Shown: piece after piece, positions 23,407 to 32,810 of the stretch
Numbering within the stretch: the first letter of the stretch is position 1
How the letters are laid out: each line of letters begins with the position of its first letter
IMG/VR virus record: IMGVR_UViG_3300011888_000001
Span: 1 to 44,582 of that record
Direction: 5' to 3' (one strand)
Source of the DNA: a virus
Length of the DNA: 44,582 nt
Position numbers and translations under genes: made by a program
The notes under the pieces: model-generated
Told to the model about the DNA's origin: nothing
What the model saw: the letters and a program-made list of their open reading frames with translations, nothing else
Databases searched by the model: none

Positions 23407-25205
23407 CGATCTTCACTGACGGCCTGGTCGAGCGCCGCGACCGCAACCTGCTGGACGATGTGGCATCTGGCCAGTGGGAGTCGGCCAAGGCTGCCTTCGA
23501 TGAAGCGTGGTTCCAGAACCCTACCACGGCCTTGCGCCGTATGGGTGAGCTGAACACCGCAGAGCAGGGCAGGGTGATCACGCCTGCGTATCCGGCCTAC
23601 AACATCCCCGAGCAGCGCGCCGAGCCAGATACTCCGCTGGTCACCGCGGAGCAGGCTCGTCAGCAGGTGGCCGACGCTGGGGTCAAGCTGAACATCGAGG
23701 ACGCCGGCATTCGCCAGGGCGCCCTGGACATCCTCATCCAGCGCAAGCAGGCCGAGCGCCAGCGGCAGATGGTGCTGGATTCCGCCCCAGGCTCATCGGT
23801 CCCGCTGCAACTGCTGGCCGGCTTCGGCGCCTCGGTGCTTGATCCGATCAACATCGCGTCGGCCTTCATTCCGGTCGTGGGTGAAGCGCGCACTGCTGCG
23901 CTGCTGGAACGTGCCGGTTCTTCGGTGGCTGCTCGTCTTGGTGCTCGGGCTCAGGTCGGAGCGATCGAAGGTGCGGTGGGTGCTGCTGCTGTCGAACCGA
24001 TCGTGTTGGCCGCCAGTGCCCAGGACCAGTCGGATTACGGCATCAAGGACTCGCTGCTGAACATCGCCTTCGGGTCGGTGCTGGGCGGTGGCCTGCACGG
24101 CGCCGGCGGTTTCGTGTCGGACCGTATCCGCGGCAACGTGCTGAATGATGTGCGGGCCGAGACCGGTGGTGAGACCGCTCGCGCGCCGGGTGAATCCGGC
24201 AGTGAGGGTCTTCGCGTGCCGGGTGAGACCACCACTGAAACCGCTATACCTGCCGATGTGTCGCGCCGCACCAGCCTGGCTGAAGCCATTTCCCGCGGCG
24301 ATGACAACCCCATGCAGGCGCTGCGCACCAGCCTGGAGCGTGGGATAGGTGCCGATCGCCAGAGCATCCTTGAGTCTGCGCGCCTGCAGGCTCGTGATGA
24401 GGTCCTTCCACAGATTCGCAGCGACATCGACGAGGCTGTCGCTGGGCGCGTGGCAAACGTTGCCGACCTGCGCGCCGAGCAGCGCCAGCTCCAGACTCGG
24501 CTGGATGGCTTGGACGATACCTATCGCACACGCGCCAAGGAGTTCCAGCAGCAGCGCATGACTCGCAAGCAGGCCGAACGCGCCGCGCGTGACGCCATTG
24601 CTGCAGAGCGTGAACAGATCAACACCCGCATGGGCGAGATCAACGACGGCCTGGACGTCAACCGCGCCTCCGAGGCCGGGCGTCGGGAGCGCGCCGCCCT
24701 GGGTCGTGGTGAACTTCCCGAGCGGTACAACGCCCAGATCGAATCTCGCGCCCAGCAGATCGCCGGCGGCTTCGAGCTGAGCAATACCGCGCGCTTCGTG
24801 GCTGAGAACTCGCCTTGGCAGATCCGCCAGGCCGCCCTGCGCTCTGCAATTGCCCAAGCCACCACGGGCCGCGACGTCGACGTTCAGGCGCTGTTCGACT
24901 TGCCGGACCCGATTAAGCGCACTGCCGCCATGGAGCAGCTGACCAAGCCGGCGGCACCCCGGGTCGATCGGGAAGGTACCCAGGTCTCCGCCCGCATGGA
25001 TGAACTGTCCACTTCGCCGGATACCACCGACCTTGCCGAGGCAGAACGCCAGCTGGCCGATGAGTTGGCCCTGACCGATGAGGCTGCGCGGAATGCCGGC
25101 CTGGATGCTGCAGAATTGCTGCGCGACGCTAACACCCTGGTCGCCGACTCCGATACCTACGCCGCCGCCTACCGCGCCGCGGCCGTGTGCCAGCTGAGGA
25201 AGTAA
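23403..25205 (+). CDS. Internal virion/ejection protein (gp16-position, part 1, 600 aa)
   Basis: ATGA coupling. A Gly/Ala-rich hydrophobic block (LLAGFGASVL...IAFGSVLGGGLHGAGG) is followed by Arg/Glu-rich helices. Confidence 0.5.
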   Translation: MTIFTDGLVERRDRNLLDDVASGQWESAKAAFDEAWFQNPTTALRRMGELNTAEQGRVITPAYPAYNIPEQRAEPDTPLVTAEQARQQVADAGVKLNIEDAGIRQGALDILIQRKQAERQRQMVLDSAPGSSVPLQLLAGFGASVLDPINIASAFIPVVGEARTAALLERAGSSVAARLGARAQVGAIEGAVGAAAVEPIVLAASAQDQSDYGIKDSLLNIAFGSVLGGGLHGAGGFVSDRIRGNVLNDVRAETGGETARAPGESGSEGLRVPGETTTETAIPADVSRRTSLAEAISRGDDNPMQALRTSLERGIGADRQSILESARLQARDEVLPQIRSDIDEAVAGRVANVADLRAEQRQLQTRLDGLDDTYRTRAKEFQQQRMTRKQAERAARDAIAAEREQINTRMGEINDGLDVNRASEAGRRERAALGRGELPERYNAQIESRAQQIAGGFELSNTARFVAENSPWQIRQAALRSAIAQATTGRDVDVQALFDLPDPIKRTAAMEQLTKPAAPRVDREGTQVSARMDELSTSPDTTDLAEAERQLADELALTDEAARNAGLDAAELLRDANTLVADSDTYAAAYRAAAVCQLRK

Positions 25206-27761
25206 ATGGCCGCTCAAGATTGCATCGACGTTGTCCAGGCCGCCGCCAAGGCCGCCGGGCGTGAGCTGAACCTGGAAGAACTGTCCGAGGTGTTCGAAGA
25301 GCTGCAGGCGCGCCAGAAGGCTCTGATGGCTCGCGACACCATGCTCAGCCTGGAAGACGCCGCCCTGCGTGCTGCCGATGAATTGGGCAACGAGGTCAAG
25401 CTGGCCGCGGTGATCGAGAAGCGCAACGCCGCGATTAACGCCCGACGCCGGGCTGAGTTGGCCGGCTACATCCAGAACACCTGGGCTGACCGCCCTGACT
25501 TGGGTCTCGAGTCCTTCCTGGTCGGGACCAACGTCACTCGTCCCGGGGCGCGCCGCTCGGTTGCAGCAGAGCAGAAGCAGTTGTCCCAGGCCTATGTGGC
25601 CGGCTTCCTCAACGACATCGAGCGCGCTGACCTGCTGCCTTTCCTGACCAGAGGGGATCTGGACGAGGACATCGCCACCTCGCTCTGGCGCCTCGGTATG
25701 GACATGCCGCAGGACGGCATCGGCAAGGAAGCCCAGGCCATCGCCAAGATCATGCAGAAATACCAGGAGGCCGCTCGGATCGACGCCAACCGCGCCGGCG
25801 CTTTCATCCGCAAACTGCCGGGCTACATCGTTCGCCAGTCGCACGATCCCTACAAACTCCAGCGCGCCGGCTATCAGCAGTGGCGCGACGAGATCATGCC
25901 GCTGCTGGACGAATCTACTTTCGACGGCGTGGCCGATCGTGACCGGTACCTGCTCAACGCCTACAACGGCCTGGTCTCCGGCGTGCACCTAAAGCCTGCC
26001 AGCGACAAGGCGGTGATCGGTTTCAAAGGGCCTCGGAACATCGCCAAGAAGGTCAGCGCCGAGCGTGTGCTGCACTTCAAGGACGGGGTTTCGTGGAATG
26101 CCTACAACCGGGTCTACGGTTCCGGATCGTTACGAGAGGCGTTCCTGGGTGGCCTGGACAGCATGGGTGAGTCCACCGGCCTCATGAAACGCCTGGGCAC
26201 CAATCCAGAAGCCAACTGGAACGCGGTGCTGGACGACCTGCAGCGCAGCTTCGCTGATGATCCGCTGGCCCTGCGCAAGTTCGAGTCAGACCGCCGCGGC
26301 ATGCTGGCCACCCGATTCGCCGAGATTGATGGCACCTCTCGCATGGCTGTCAACCACGTCGGCGCCCGGGTCGCGTCCAACCTGCGCGCCTGGCAGTCCA
26401 TGGCGAAGCTGGGCGGCGCGGTGGTGTCGGCGGTGACTGACCTCCCGGTGGCCGCCAGCGAGTTCCGCTACCAGGGCCGCGGGATGCTCTCCAGCATGGG
26501 CGATCTGATTGGTGGCCTGGTGCAGGGCCGCAAGAGCGCGGAGCAGCGTGAGATCCTTTCCAGCCTGGGCGTGTTCTTCGACAACGTCCGGGGCGAGGTG
26601 GTGAGCCGCTTCAGCGCCGATGACACCTTGGGCGGCAAGATGAGCCGGGCCCAGCACATGTTCTTCAAGCTGAATGGTCTCACCTGGTGGACCGACGCCA
26701 TGCGCTCCAGTGCGGCACTGATGATGAGCCACCACCTGGGTCTGAGCCGCGGCAAAGCCTGGGGCGCGGTAAACGAAGACCTGCGCCGGACGCTTGAGCT
26801 GTTCGACATCGACGAAGGAAAGTGGGACCTGCTGCGTGAGACCCCTGGCCGCCAGGCTGATGGCCGCGAATACATGACCGCCCAGGGCATCACCGATATT
26901 CCTGACGAGCGAATCAGCCAGTACCTGGAAAGCGTGGGCCGCCCGGTGAACCCGGCATCCATCGGCGAGATGCGCGAAGAGCTGGCCGGCAACCTGCGCT
27001 CCTACATCACCGATCGGGGGAGCTATGCGGTGATCGAGCCGGACGCTCGAACCCGCGCCATCATGCGCCGCGGCACCCGGCCCGGCACGATCGCTGGCGA
27101 ACTGCTGCGCTTTGTGGGCCAGTTCAAGGCGTTCCCTGTCGCAGTGCTTCAGAAGACTGTGGGTCGTGAGCTGTACGGGCGTGGGTACACACCCACCCAG
27201 TACGGATCGGCACCGGGCAAGGAGATTATCCAGGCCCTGCGCAGCGGGAACGGTGAGAAGCTGGGAATGGCGCAGCTGATGCTGTGGACCACCATCTTCG
27301 GCTATGGCGCTATGTCGGCCAAGGATGTGCTCAAGGGCCGCAACCCGCGCGAGCCCGACGATCCCAAGACCTGGCTGGCTGCCATGCTGCAGGGTGGCGC
27401 CCTGGGCATCTACGGCGACTTTCTGTTCGGCGAATCCAGTCGGTTCGGCGGCACCCTGAGCAGTTCGCTGGCCGGCCCGGTGATTGGCGGGATCGATTCC
27501 CTAAATGACCTCTATCAGCGCGCCAAGAACGGCGACGACCTGGCGGCCTCTTCCCTGCGCAATGCCTTGAATAACACGCCGTTCATGAACCTGTTCTACA
27601 CCCGGGCGGCGGCAGACTACCTCTTCCTCTACAGCGTGCAGGAGGCCGTAAATCCTGGGGCTCTGAGGCGCATGGAGCGGCGCACGGAGAAGGAGAACTC
27701 CCAGACGTTCCTGCTGCGACCGTCTCAGACATACCTCGATCCGCTGGGATTGACCCGCTGA
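25206..27761 (+). CDS. Internal virion/ejection protein (gp16-position, part 2, 851 aa)
   Basis: Starts 1 nt after the previous stop. It is the largest protein of the virion block. No lytic transglycosylase motif recognised. Confidence 0.5.
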   Translation: MAAQDCIDVVQAAAKAAGRELNLEELSEVFEELQARQKALMARDTMLSLEDAALRAADELGNEVKLAAVIEKRNAAINARRRAELAGYIQNTWADRPDLGLESFLVGTNVTRPGARRSVAAEQKQLSQAYVAGFLNDIERADLLPFLTRGDLDEDIATSLWRLGMDMPQDGIGKEAQAIAKIMQKYQEAARIDANRAGAFIRKLPGYIVRQSHDPYKLQRAGYQQWRDEIMPLLDESTFDGVADRDRYLLNAYNGLVSGVHLKPASDKAVIGFKGPRNIAKKVSAERVLHFKDGVSWNAYNRVYGSGSLREAFLGGLDSMGESTGLMKRLGTNPEANWNAVLDDLQRSFADDPLALRKFESDRRGMLATRFAEIDGTSRMAVNHVGARVASNLRAWQSMAKLGGAVVSAVTDLPVAASEFRYQGRGMLSSMGDLIGGLVQGRKSAEQREILSSLGVFFDNVRGEVVSRFSADDTLGGKMSRAQHMFFKLNGLTWWTDAMRSSAALMMSHHLGLSRGKAWGAVNEDLRRTLELFDIDEGKWDLLRETPGRQADGREYMTAQGITDIPDERISQYLESVGRPVNPASIGEMREELAGNLRSYITDRGSYAVIEPDARTRAIMRRGTRPGTIAGELLRFVGQFKAFPVAVLQKTVGRELYGRGYTPTQYGSAPGKEIIQALRSGNGEKLGMAQLMLWTTIFGYGAMSAKDVLKGRNPREPDDPKTWLAAMLQGGALGIYGDFLFGESSRFGGTLSSSLAGPVIGGIDSLNDLYQRAKNGDDLAASSLRNALNNTPFMNLFYTRAAADYLFLYSVQEAVNPGALRRMERRTEKENSQTFLLRPSQTYLDPLGLTR

Positions 27762-27767
27762 TTACCG

Positions 27768-27791
27768 AGCCCGCATCCCGCGGGCTTTTTT
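27768..27791 (+). terminator. Intrinsic terminator
   Basis: AGCCCGC-atccc-GCGGGCT followed by TTTTTT. Confidence 0.8.
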
Positions 27792-27809
27792 ACGCCTGGA
27801 GAACATCCC

Positions 27810-28103
27810 ATGCCCGCTCTACTGAAGTCCCCATCAGCAGCGACATCCCAGACGCTCTTCGTCAACCAGACCATCACCGCGAGTTCGCAGCTCGCCGTGG
27901 AAGGTACTGGCGCTGTATCAGCACAAGCCGTTCTTGAGGGTTCCCACGATCAGAAAGGCTGGATCAATATCGCAACAATGAATGCGTCTGGCAATGACTA
28001 CGCAACCGACGGAGGCCCGTTCCAGACGCTTTGGCCGTACATTCGTGCGCGAATCGTCAGTGTGACCGGCACCGCCACGGTGTACGTCGAGCTCGGGAGG
28101 TAG
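27810..28103 (+). CDS. Small beta-rich virion-associated protein (97 aa)
   Basis: Track ORF with GGAGA RBS. Lies between the ejection proteins and the fibres. Confidence 0.5.
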   Translation: MPALLKSPSAATSQTLFVNQTITASSQLAVEGTGAVSAQAVLEGSHDQKGWINIATMNASGNDYATDGGPFQTLWPYIRARIVSVTGTATVYVELGR

Positions 28104-28106
28104 GAC

Positions 28107-28541
28107 ATGGACCTGACGCCCAGTTCCATCCTCGGCGCGCTGCGCAACCTGGCGGCGATCCCGACCAAGCTTTCGCAGTTGGTAAACGACTCCAACTATC
28201 AGACCGCGCAGACCATCAATAGCACCGTCGTCCCGCGCTACGCCAAGCAGCACGTCACCACCAACACTAGCGGCAACAGCTTCGACACGCTGAACGTCAC
28301 CTGGCCGTCCGGCCGCTTCTCATCTGCGCCGATCATGCCAGACCCGACAGTGGTGATCAGTAGCACCACCCAGGTCTACAAGGCGGTCGTGACCTCGTGC
28401 ACCGCTACCGGCTGCACGATCAAGCTGAGCCAGCAACCCATGGTGGTGAATAACCTGCTCGGCCTGACGTCGCTCAGCCTGCAGACCCCGGTCAGCAGTG
28501 CTCTGACCGTCAACGTCTTCGCCATCCAACAAACCGACTGA
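28107..28541 (+). CDS. Small tail-fibre-like protein (144 aa)
   Basis: KLSQLVNDSNYQT resembles the short N-terminal motif common in phage fibre proteins. The remainder is Thr/Ser/Val-rich and beta-like. Confidence 0.45.
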   Translation: MDLTPSSILGALRNLAAIPTKLSQLVNDSNYQTAQTINSTVVPRYAKQHVTTNTSGNSFDTLNVTWPSGRFSSAPIMPDPTVVISSTTQVYKAVVTSCTATGCTIKLSQQPMVVNNLLGLTSLSLQTPVSSALTVNVFAIQQTD

Positions 28542-28560
28542 CCCCAAGCCAGCCAACCAG

Positions 28561-28585
28561 AACCCCGCCTAGTGCGGGGTTTTTG
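28561..28585 (+). terminator. Intrinsic terminator
   Basis: AACCCCGC-ctagt-GCGGGGTT followed by TTTT. Confidence 0.8.
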
Positions 28586-28604
28586 CATTTCAGGAGCAGT
28601 AACC

Positions 28605-30890
28605 GTGACCGTAGAAAATACGACCAGCATCGTGCAGTACGACGGGGACGGGGTCGCGACCGTGTTCCCTGTGCCTTTCCGGTTCTTCGAGAACACCGAC
28701 CTCGATGTCGTGCGCGTCACTGCGCTGGACGTAGTCGTCCCGCTCACCCTGGGGACGGACTACACGGTTTCTGGCGCGGGAGAGATCAACGGCGGCTCCA
28801 TCACAACCAGCCTGGCCGCGGCCACCGGCGAGCAGATCGTGATTGCGCGCCTACTGCCGCTGACTCAGGAAACGGACCTGCGCAACCAGGGCAACTTCTT
28901 CCCTGAGATCCATGAAGACGTCTTCGACCGGCTCACCATGCTGATCCAGCAATTGAGCGCGGTCACCGGCCGTGCCCTGACCCGCCCCCGCGACGGCGTG
29001 AACTGGGACGCTCAGAACCGCCGCATCAACAACCTCGGCAGCGCTCAGCGCCCGACCGATGCCGCCAACCTGAGTGATGTGACCGGTGCGGTGAATTCGG
29101 CCATTACTGGTGAAGCGCTGGCCCGCGCGGCTGGTGATGCCAATCTGCAGCTCCAGATCGGCGGCCAGATCCCGCTGGAGTCCTCGCGCTTCTCTCCTAT
29201 CTCCTGGCATGACCAGGACATCGGAAACTCGGTCGCCATCCCGTCCTACAAGAACGCGTGGACCTTCGGCCCCCAGATCACCATCGACGAAGGCCAGGTG
29301 ATCACCATCGGTGAGGGGTCGTTCTGGACCGTTGCTGAAGGCGACGAGCAGCAGGGCGGCATCAACCTCTCCGACTATGCCAAGAAGGCGGATCTCGCCT
29401 CGAATCAGGGCGCAGGTCAGGTTGGCTTCCAGGCTGCCGGCTCCAGCGTTCTGCGTACTGTCCAGGGAAAGCTGGCTGAGTACGTTTCGGTGGATGATTT
29501 TGGTGCTGTCCAGAGCACCGAGATCGACTCTGGCCCTGCTATTCAGGCAGCACTGGACTCTGGCGCGACCCTAATCGGTATGCCCGGCAAGGGGTATCGC
29601 TCTAATCAGAAGCTGATTTTCAAATTCAAAGGCCAGATCCTGATCGGCGCTGGTGTCTCTGGAACAACCTTCCTGCTGGCTACTGGTGCCAACGATGGTT
29701 TGCTGTGCAGCGGCCTGAGCGGGTGCGGCGTGGCGCGCATGAAAATCGCCGGCGTATCCAACACCGCCGGCGACCTGATTGCCGTAGAGGACTGCAGCGG
29801 TTTCACCGGGATCGACATCCGCATTGAGGGCGGATTCAACGGGATCCGCTTCAACCGGATTAATGCCTGCAAGCTGGAGCGCTTCGTGATCGCCGACCAT
29901 TCCGGTGAGCACGGAGTTCTGTTCAAGGGTGACACCACGTTTAAGTCGGACGTGCTGAACCTCATCAATGGTGAGATCTCGCATTTCAACAACTCCAACA
30001 TCATCGGCATCCACTGGCAGAGCTACGCCCACTCGCTGACCATGACTAACGTGCGCGTCATCCGCGGCGGCCGAGGACTCTTCACAGAGAATTCAAGCGG
30101 CGATACCACTGGTAATTCCTACCCATCTTTCCTGCAGATGGCTGGTTCCGAGTTCGACTTTTCCAACCGCGAGTGCATTCGCCTCGACTGCATGCGGGAC
30201 GCCTGGATCGTTGCCCCCTATGCTCACGGCTCGGCTACGGCCAGCAACATTTTCATCGGCGCCGATACCGTCGGTGTTCGCCTGGCGATACCCCGTTCCG
30301 CCTCGGCCAGCCTGCACGGCATCTACATGGCCGGCAAAGCGATGGAACTTCTCGGCGGCCACTTCTACAGCAATTCCCAGGCGGCAAGCGGTCAGTCGGA
30401 CGGCATCCGCGTAGGCGCTACCGCCAATGGTCTACAAGTCGTGGGAGTGATCTCTGGCAACGAGAATGATGGCTCTGCTGCCCGGCAGGCCTACGGCATC
30501 AATATTGAGGCCGGCGCCAGCAATATCGCCTATTCCGGTGAGTTCGGCGGAAACGTGACGGCCAACATCCTGTGCCAGACCGACCGTGCGTATGAGGTGG
30601 GCGGCACCTTCCGGCACGTCTTCAAGAACCAGGGTGGCAGCCACTTCGAAGTGGGGGGTAGCGCGAGCCCGGTTGCCAACCAGATCCGTGCAGTAGGTGC
30701 CACCACCAACAACCCGCCGCAGCTTCTCGCCCAGGGCTCTGACGCAAACATCGACTTCCAGCTCACACCGAAAGGGACCGGCCGCATCCGCTTCGGGACG
30801 GTCGTTACATCCGCCGACGTGCCAGTCACGGGGTACGTGGAAATCAAGGCCGCCGATGGCAGCTTGGTGCGCCTAGCGAAAGTCAACTGA
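28605..30890 (+). CDS. Tailspike 1: T7 gp17-type N-terminal tail adaptor + pectate-lyase-like beta-helix depolymerase
   Basis: GTG 28605 after AGGAG (28592-28596). The N-terminus VQYDGDGVATVFPVPFRFFENTDLDVVRV...GTDYTV parallels the recalled T7 gp17 N-terminus (YQLDGSNRDFNIPFEY...DYRF). The central VDDFGAVQSTEIDSGPAIQAALDSG is the Pectate_lyase_3-type opening motif. Confidence 0.8.
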   Translation: MTVENTTSIVQYDGDGVATVFPVPFRFFENTDLDVVRVTALDVVVPLTLGTDYTVSGAGEINGGSITTSLAAATGEQIVIARLLPLTQETDLRNQGNFFPEIHEDVFDRLTMLIQQLSAVTGRALTRPRDGVNWDAQNRRINNLGSAQRPTDAANLSDVTGAVNSAITGEALARAAGDANLQLQIGGQIPLESSRFSPISWHDQDIGNSVAIPSYKNAWTFGPQITIDEGQVITIGEGSFWTVAEGDEQQGGINLSDYAKKADLASNQGAGQVGFQAAGSSVLRTVQGKLAEYVSVDDFGAVQSTEIDSGPAIQAALDSGATLIGMPGKGYRSNQKLIFKFKGQILIGAGVSGTTFLLATGANDGLLCSGLSGCGVARMKIAGVSNTAGDLIAVEDCSGFTGIDIRIEGGFNGIRFNRINACKLERFVIADHSGEHGVLFKGDTTFKSDVLNLINGEISHFNNSNIIGIHWQSYAHSLTMTNVRVIRGGRGLFTENSSGDTTGNSYPSFLQMAGSEFDFSNRECIRLDCMRDAWIVAPYAHGSATASNIFIGADTVGVRLAIPRSASASLHGIYMAGKAMELLGGHFYSNSQAASGQSDGIRVGATANGLQVVGVISGNENDGSAARQAYGINIEAGASNIAYSGEFGGNVTANILCQTDRAYEVGGTFRHVFKNQGGSHFEVGGSASPVANQIRAVGATTNNPPQLLAQGSDANIDFQLTPKGTGRIRFGTVVTSADVPVTGYVEIKAADGSLVRLAKVN

Positions 30891-30908
30891 TCCAACCAAC
30901 CGAACAAC

Positions 30909-30936
30909 AGCCCTCCCGCCGGAGGGCTTTTTTTTG
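30909..30936 (+). terminator. Intrinsic terminator
   Basis: AGCCCTCC-cgcc-GGAGGGCT followed by eight T. Confidence 0.85.
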
Positions 30937-30952
30937 CCCAAAGGAAAACCCC

Positions 30953-32758
30953 ATGAGCACACTTCGCGCCAATCGTTTGATGTCGTTGGACGGATCTGCA
31001 GCGGTCGATATTTCGTCGCTGATCCGGCTGGACAACCTGTCCCAGCTGCGTAGCTACAGCCGATTCTTCGGCAGCCGGATCAACGTGGACGGCGCGGTCG
31101 CGGCCGGTGACGGCGGTGGCGGCCTCTACCAGTACGATGCCTCGGACAGCGTGACCCCGGATGACGGTGGCTCGGTGATCGTGGCGTCCGACGGCGGTCG
31201 CTGGAAGCTGCGTCAGAACACCCCTATCTGCGCGAACCAGTTCGAGTCTGTCGCCAAGGCCATGGCTTCGGCTGTTCGTGAGCTCTGGATCACCCAGGAT
31301 ATGACCGTCTCGGCCAACCAGACCTGGCCGGCGGGCAAGACCTACACCGTCATGAACAACGCGACGATCACGGTCAGCCCCGGTATCACCCTGACTATCC
31401 GCGGCAAGCTGAACGCTCCAGTCCGCCGGATCTTCCAGGGCAACGGTTCCGTGATCGGCCTTCGCTATGCCCGCCCCGAGTGGTGGGGCGCCGTGGGCGA
31501 CAACAACACCGACTGCGCCGCCGCCTTCAACTCCGCCAGTGCCTGCGTGGCCGGCAGTGTTGCTTCCGACTCGGTTCGCCCGACCATTGAAATTGGCCCA
31601 GGCCAGTTCCTGATGGGCGCCACCTGGCTGGTCAATGCCTCGGCCAACGTCGGCATCGAGATCTTCGGCCAAGGCTCCATCTTCTCCGGCACCCGCCTGG
31701 TGGCCGCGTCGACTTTCTCCGGCAGCCAGCTGATGTACATCCCGGGCAGCACCGATGGCACCCAAAAGATCGTGGATATCCGCATGCGCGACTTCGGCCT
31801 GGTGCCGCGCACCCCAGGCTCTGGTCCTTCGATTGGCCTGCAGATGGGCACCACCAACGCCGAGCTGATCGGACTGCGTGAATCCCCGATTCAGGATCTG
31901 TACATAGCCAACTTCGGGCGCTCGCTGTACCTGTGCAACACGCGCCTGCTGAACTTCGCTCGGATCGGCATCTGGAACGATGGCATGACCTCGGCCAGTG
32001 CTTGCCTGTTCATTGAAGCAGCAGGTCGGTTCTGCGGTGACATGAGCTTCCGCAACTGCCAGCTGACCAACCAGGCTACCGTGGTGAACAGCCGTGATAT
32101 CAGCCTGTCGGTGAACGCACCCTTCTCCGGCTCCACCGGCTACAACCAGCTGGCCGGTATCCGCTTCACCGAGTGCGTCCTGTACCCGGCCTACCAGAGC
32201 GTCTACGGCACTGCCCTGGCCGGCGGCCTGATGACTGACCTTTTCTTCCAGAACTGCCAGTGGGACGGTGATTCTTACGAGATGATGAACCTCATCGCCT
32301 CGGGCTCTGGCTCTCTGGTGCGCTGCATCAAGGTGAACGGCTGCTACATGTTCGGCGGCAACAAGTCGAACACCAACTCCCAGCTTGAGTTCAACGGCAC
32401 CGCCTCGGGCGCCGTACGCGACGTTACCGTGACCGGCACCACCATCGGCCAAGGTGCATCGCGCGCCATCAACCTGGCCGGCACCGTGGTCGGCGCCACC
32501 CTCACCAGCAACGTCATCTACGACTTCGGCAACCCGACCAACGCGGCGATTGAAGTAGGGCCTTCTTGCTCGCGCGTGACCGTCACCAGCAACCGTGCCG
32601 ATCGGTCGGGCGGTGCGTCGTTCCCGTACCTGATCCAGCTGGATAACGGTGCCGACTTCCTGATGGTCACCGGCAACACCGGCCTGGGGATCGTCAGCTC
32701 AGCCACCGTGCAAGACAACTCCACCACCACGAACAAGGTTGTGGCGAACAACCTGTGA
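30953..32758 (+). CDS. Tailspike 2: second beta-helix depolymerase-like protein (601 aa)
   Basis: PEWWGAVGDNNTDCAAAFNSA (pectate-lyase-like opening motif). Repetitive N/G/T/S/V-rich beta-helix-like sequence. Lacks the gp17-type adaptor. Confidence 0.7.
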   Translation: MSTLRANRLMSLDGSAAVDISSLIRLDNLSQLRSYSRFFGSRINVDGAVAAGDGGGGLYQYDASDSVTPDDGGSVIVASDGGRWKLRQNTPICANQFESVAKAMASAVRELWITQDMTVSANQTWPAGKTYTVMNNATITVSPGITLTIRGKLNAPVRRIFQGNGSVIGLRYARPEWWGAVGDNNTDCAAAFNSASACVAGSVASDSVRPTIEIGPGQFLMGATWLVNASANVGIEIFGQGSIFSGTRLVAASTFSGSQLMYIPGSTDGTQKIVDIRMRDFGLVPRTPGSGPSIGLQMGTTNAELIGLRESPIQDLYIANFGRSLYLCNTRLLNFARIGIWNDGMTSASACLFIEAAGRFCGDMSFRNCQLTNQATVVNSRDISLSVNAPFSGSTGYNQLAGIRFTECVLYPAYQSVYGTALAGGLMTDLFFQNCQWDGDSYEMMNLIASGSGSLVRCIKVNGCYMFGGNKSNTNSQLEFNGTASGAVRDVTVTGTTIGQGASRAINLAGTVVGATLTSNVIYDFGNPTNAAIEVGPSCSRVTVTSNRADRSGGASFPYLIQLDNGADFLMVTGNTGLGIVSSATVQDNSTTTNKVVANNL

Positions 32759-32763
32759 TCACC

Positions 32764-32785
32764 AGGCCCGCTACTCGGCGGGCCT
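32764..32785 (+). terminator. GC hairpin without U-tract (possible weak terminator/processing site)
   Basis: AGGCCCGC-tactcg-GCGGGCCT with no T-run downstream. Confidence 0.35.
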
Positions 32786-32810
32786 CACCCTCTCAAATGG
32801 AAATCAAATC

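Noticed and set aside
23793-25988. Very long antisense ORFs in the track (for example 23793..25988 minus, 731 aa; also 30530..32452, 12983..14101, 8464..9465, 21682..22917, 19380..20462 and 38476..39525).
   Set aside because: They lie antisense to well-supported, motif-bearing genes. They have Arg/Gly/Ala/His-rich low-complexity translations and lack RBSs. Long open antisense frames are expected in GC-rich DNA.
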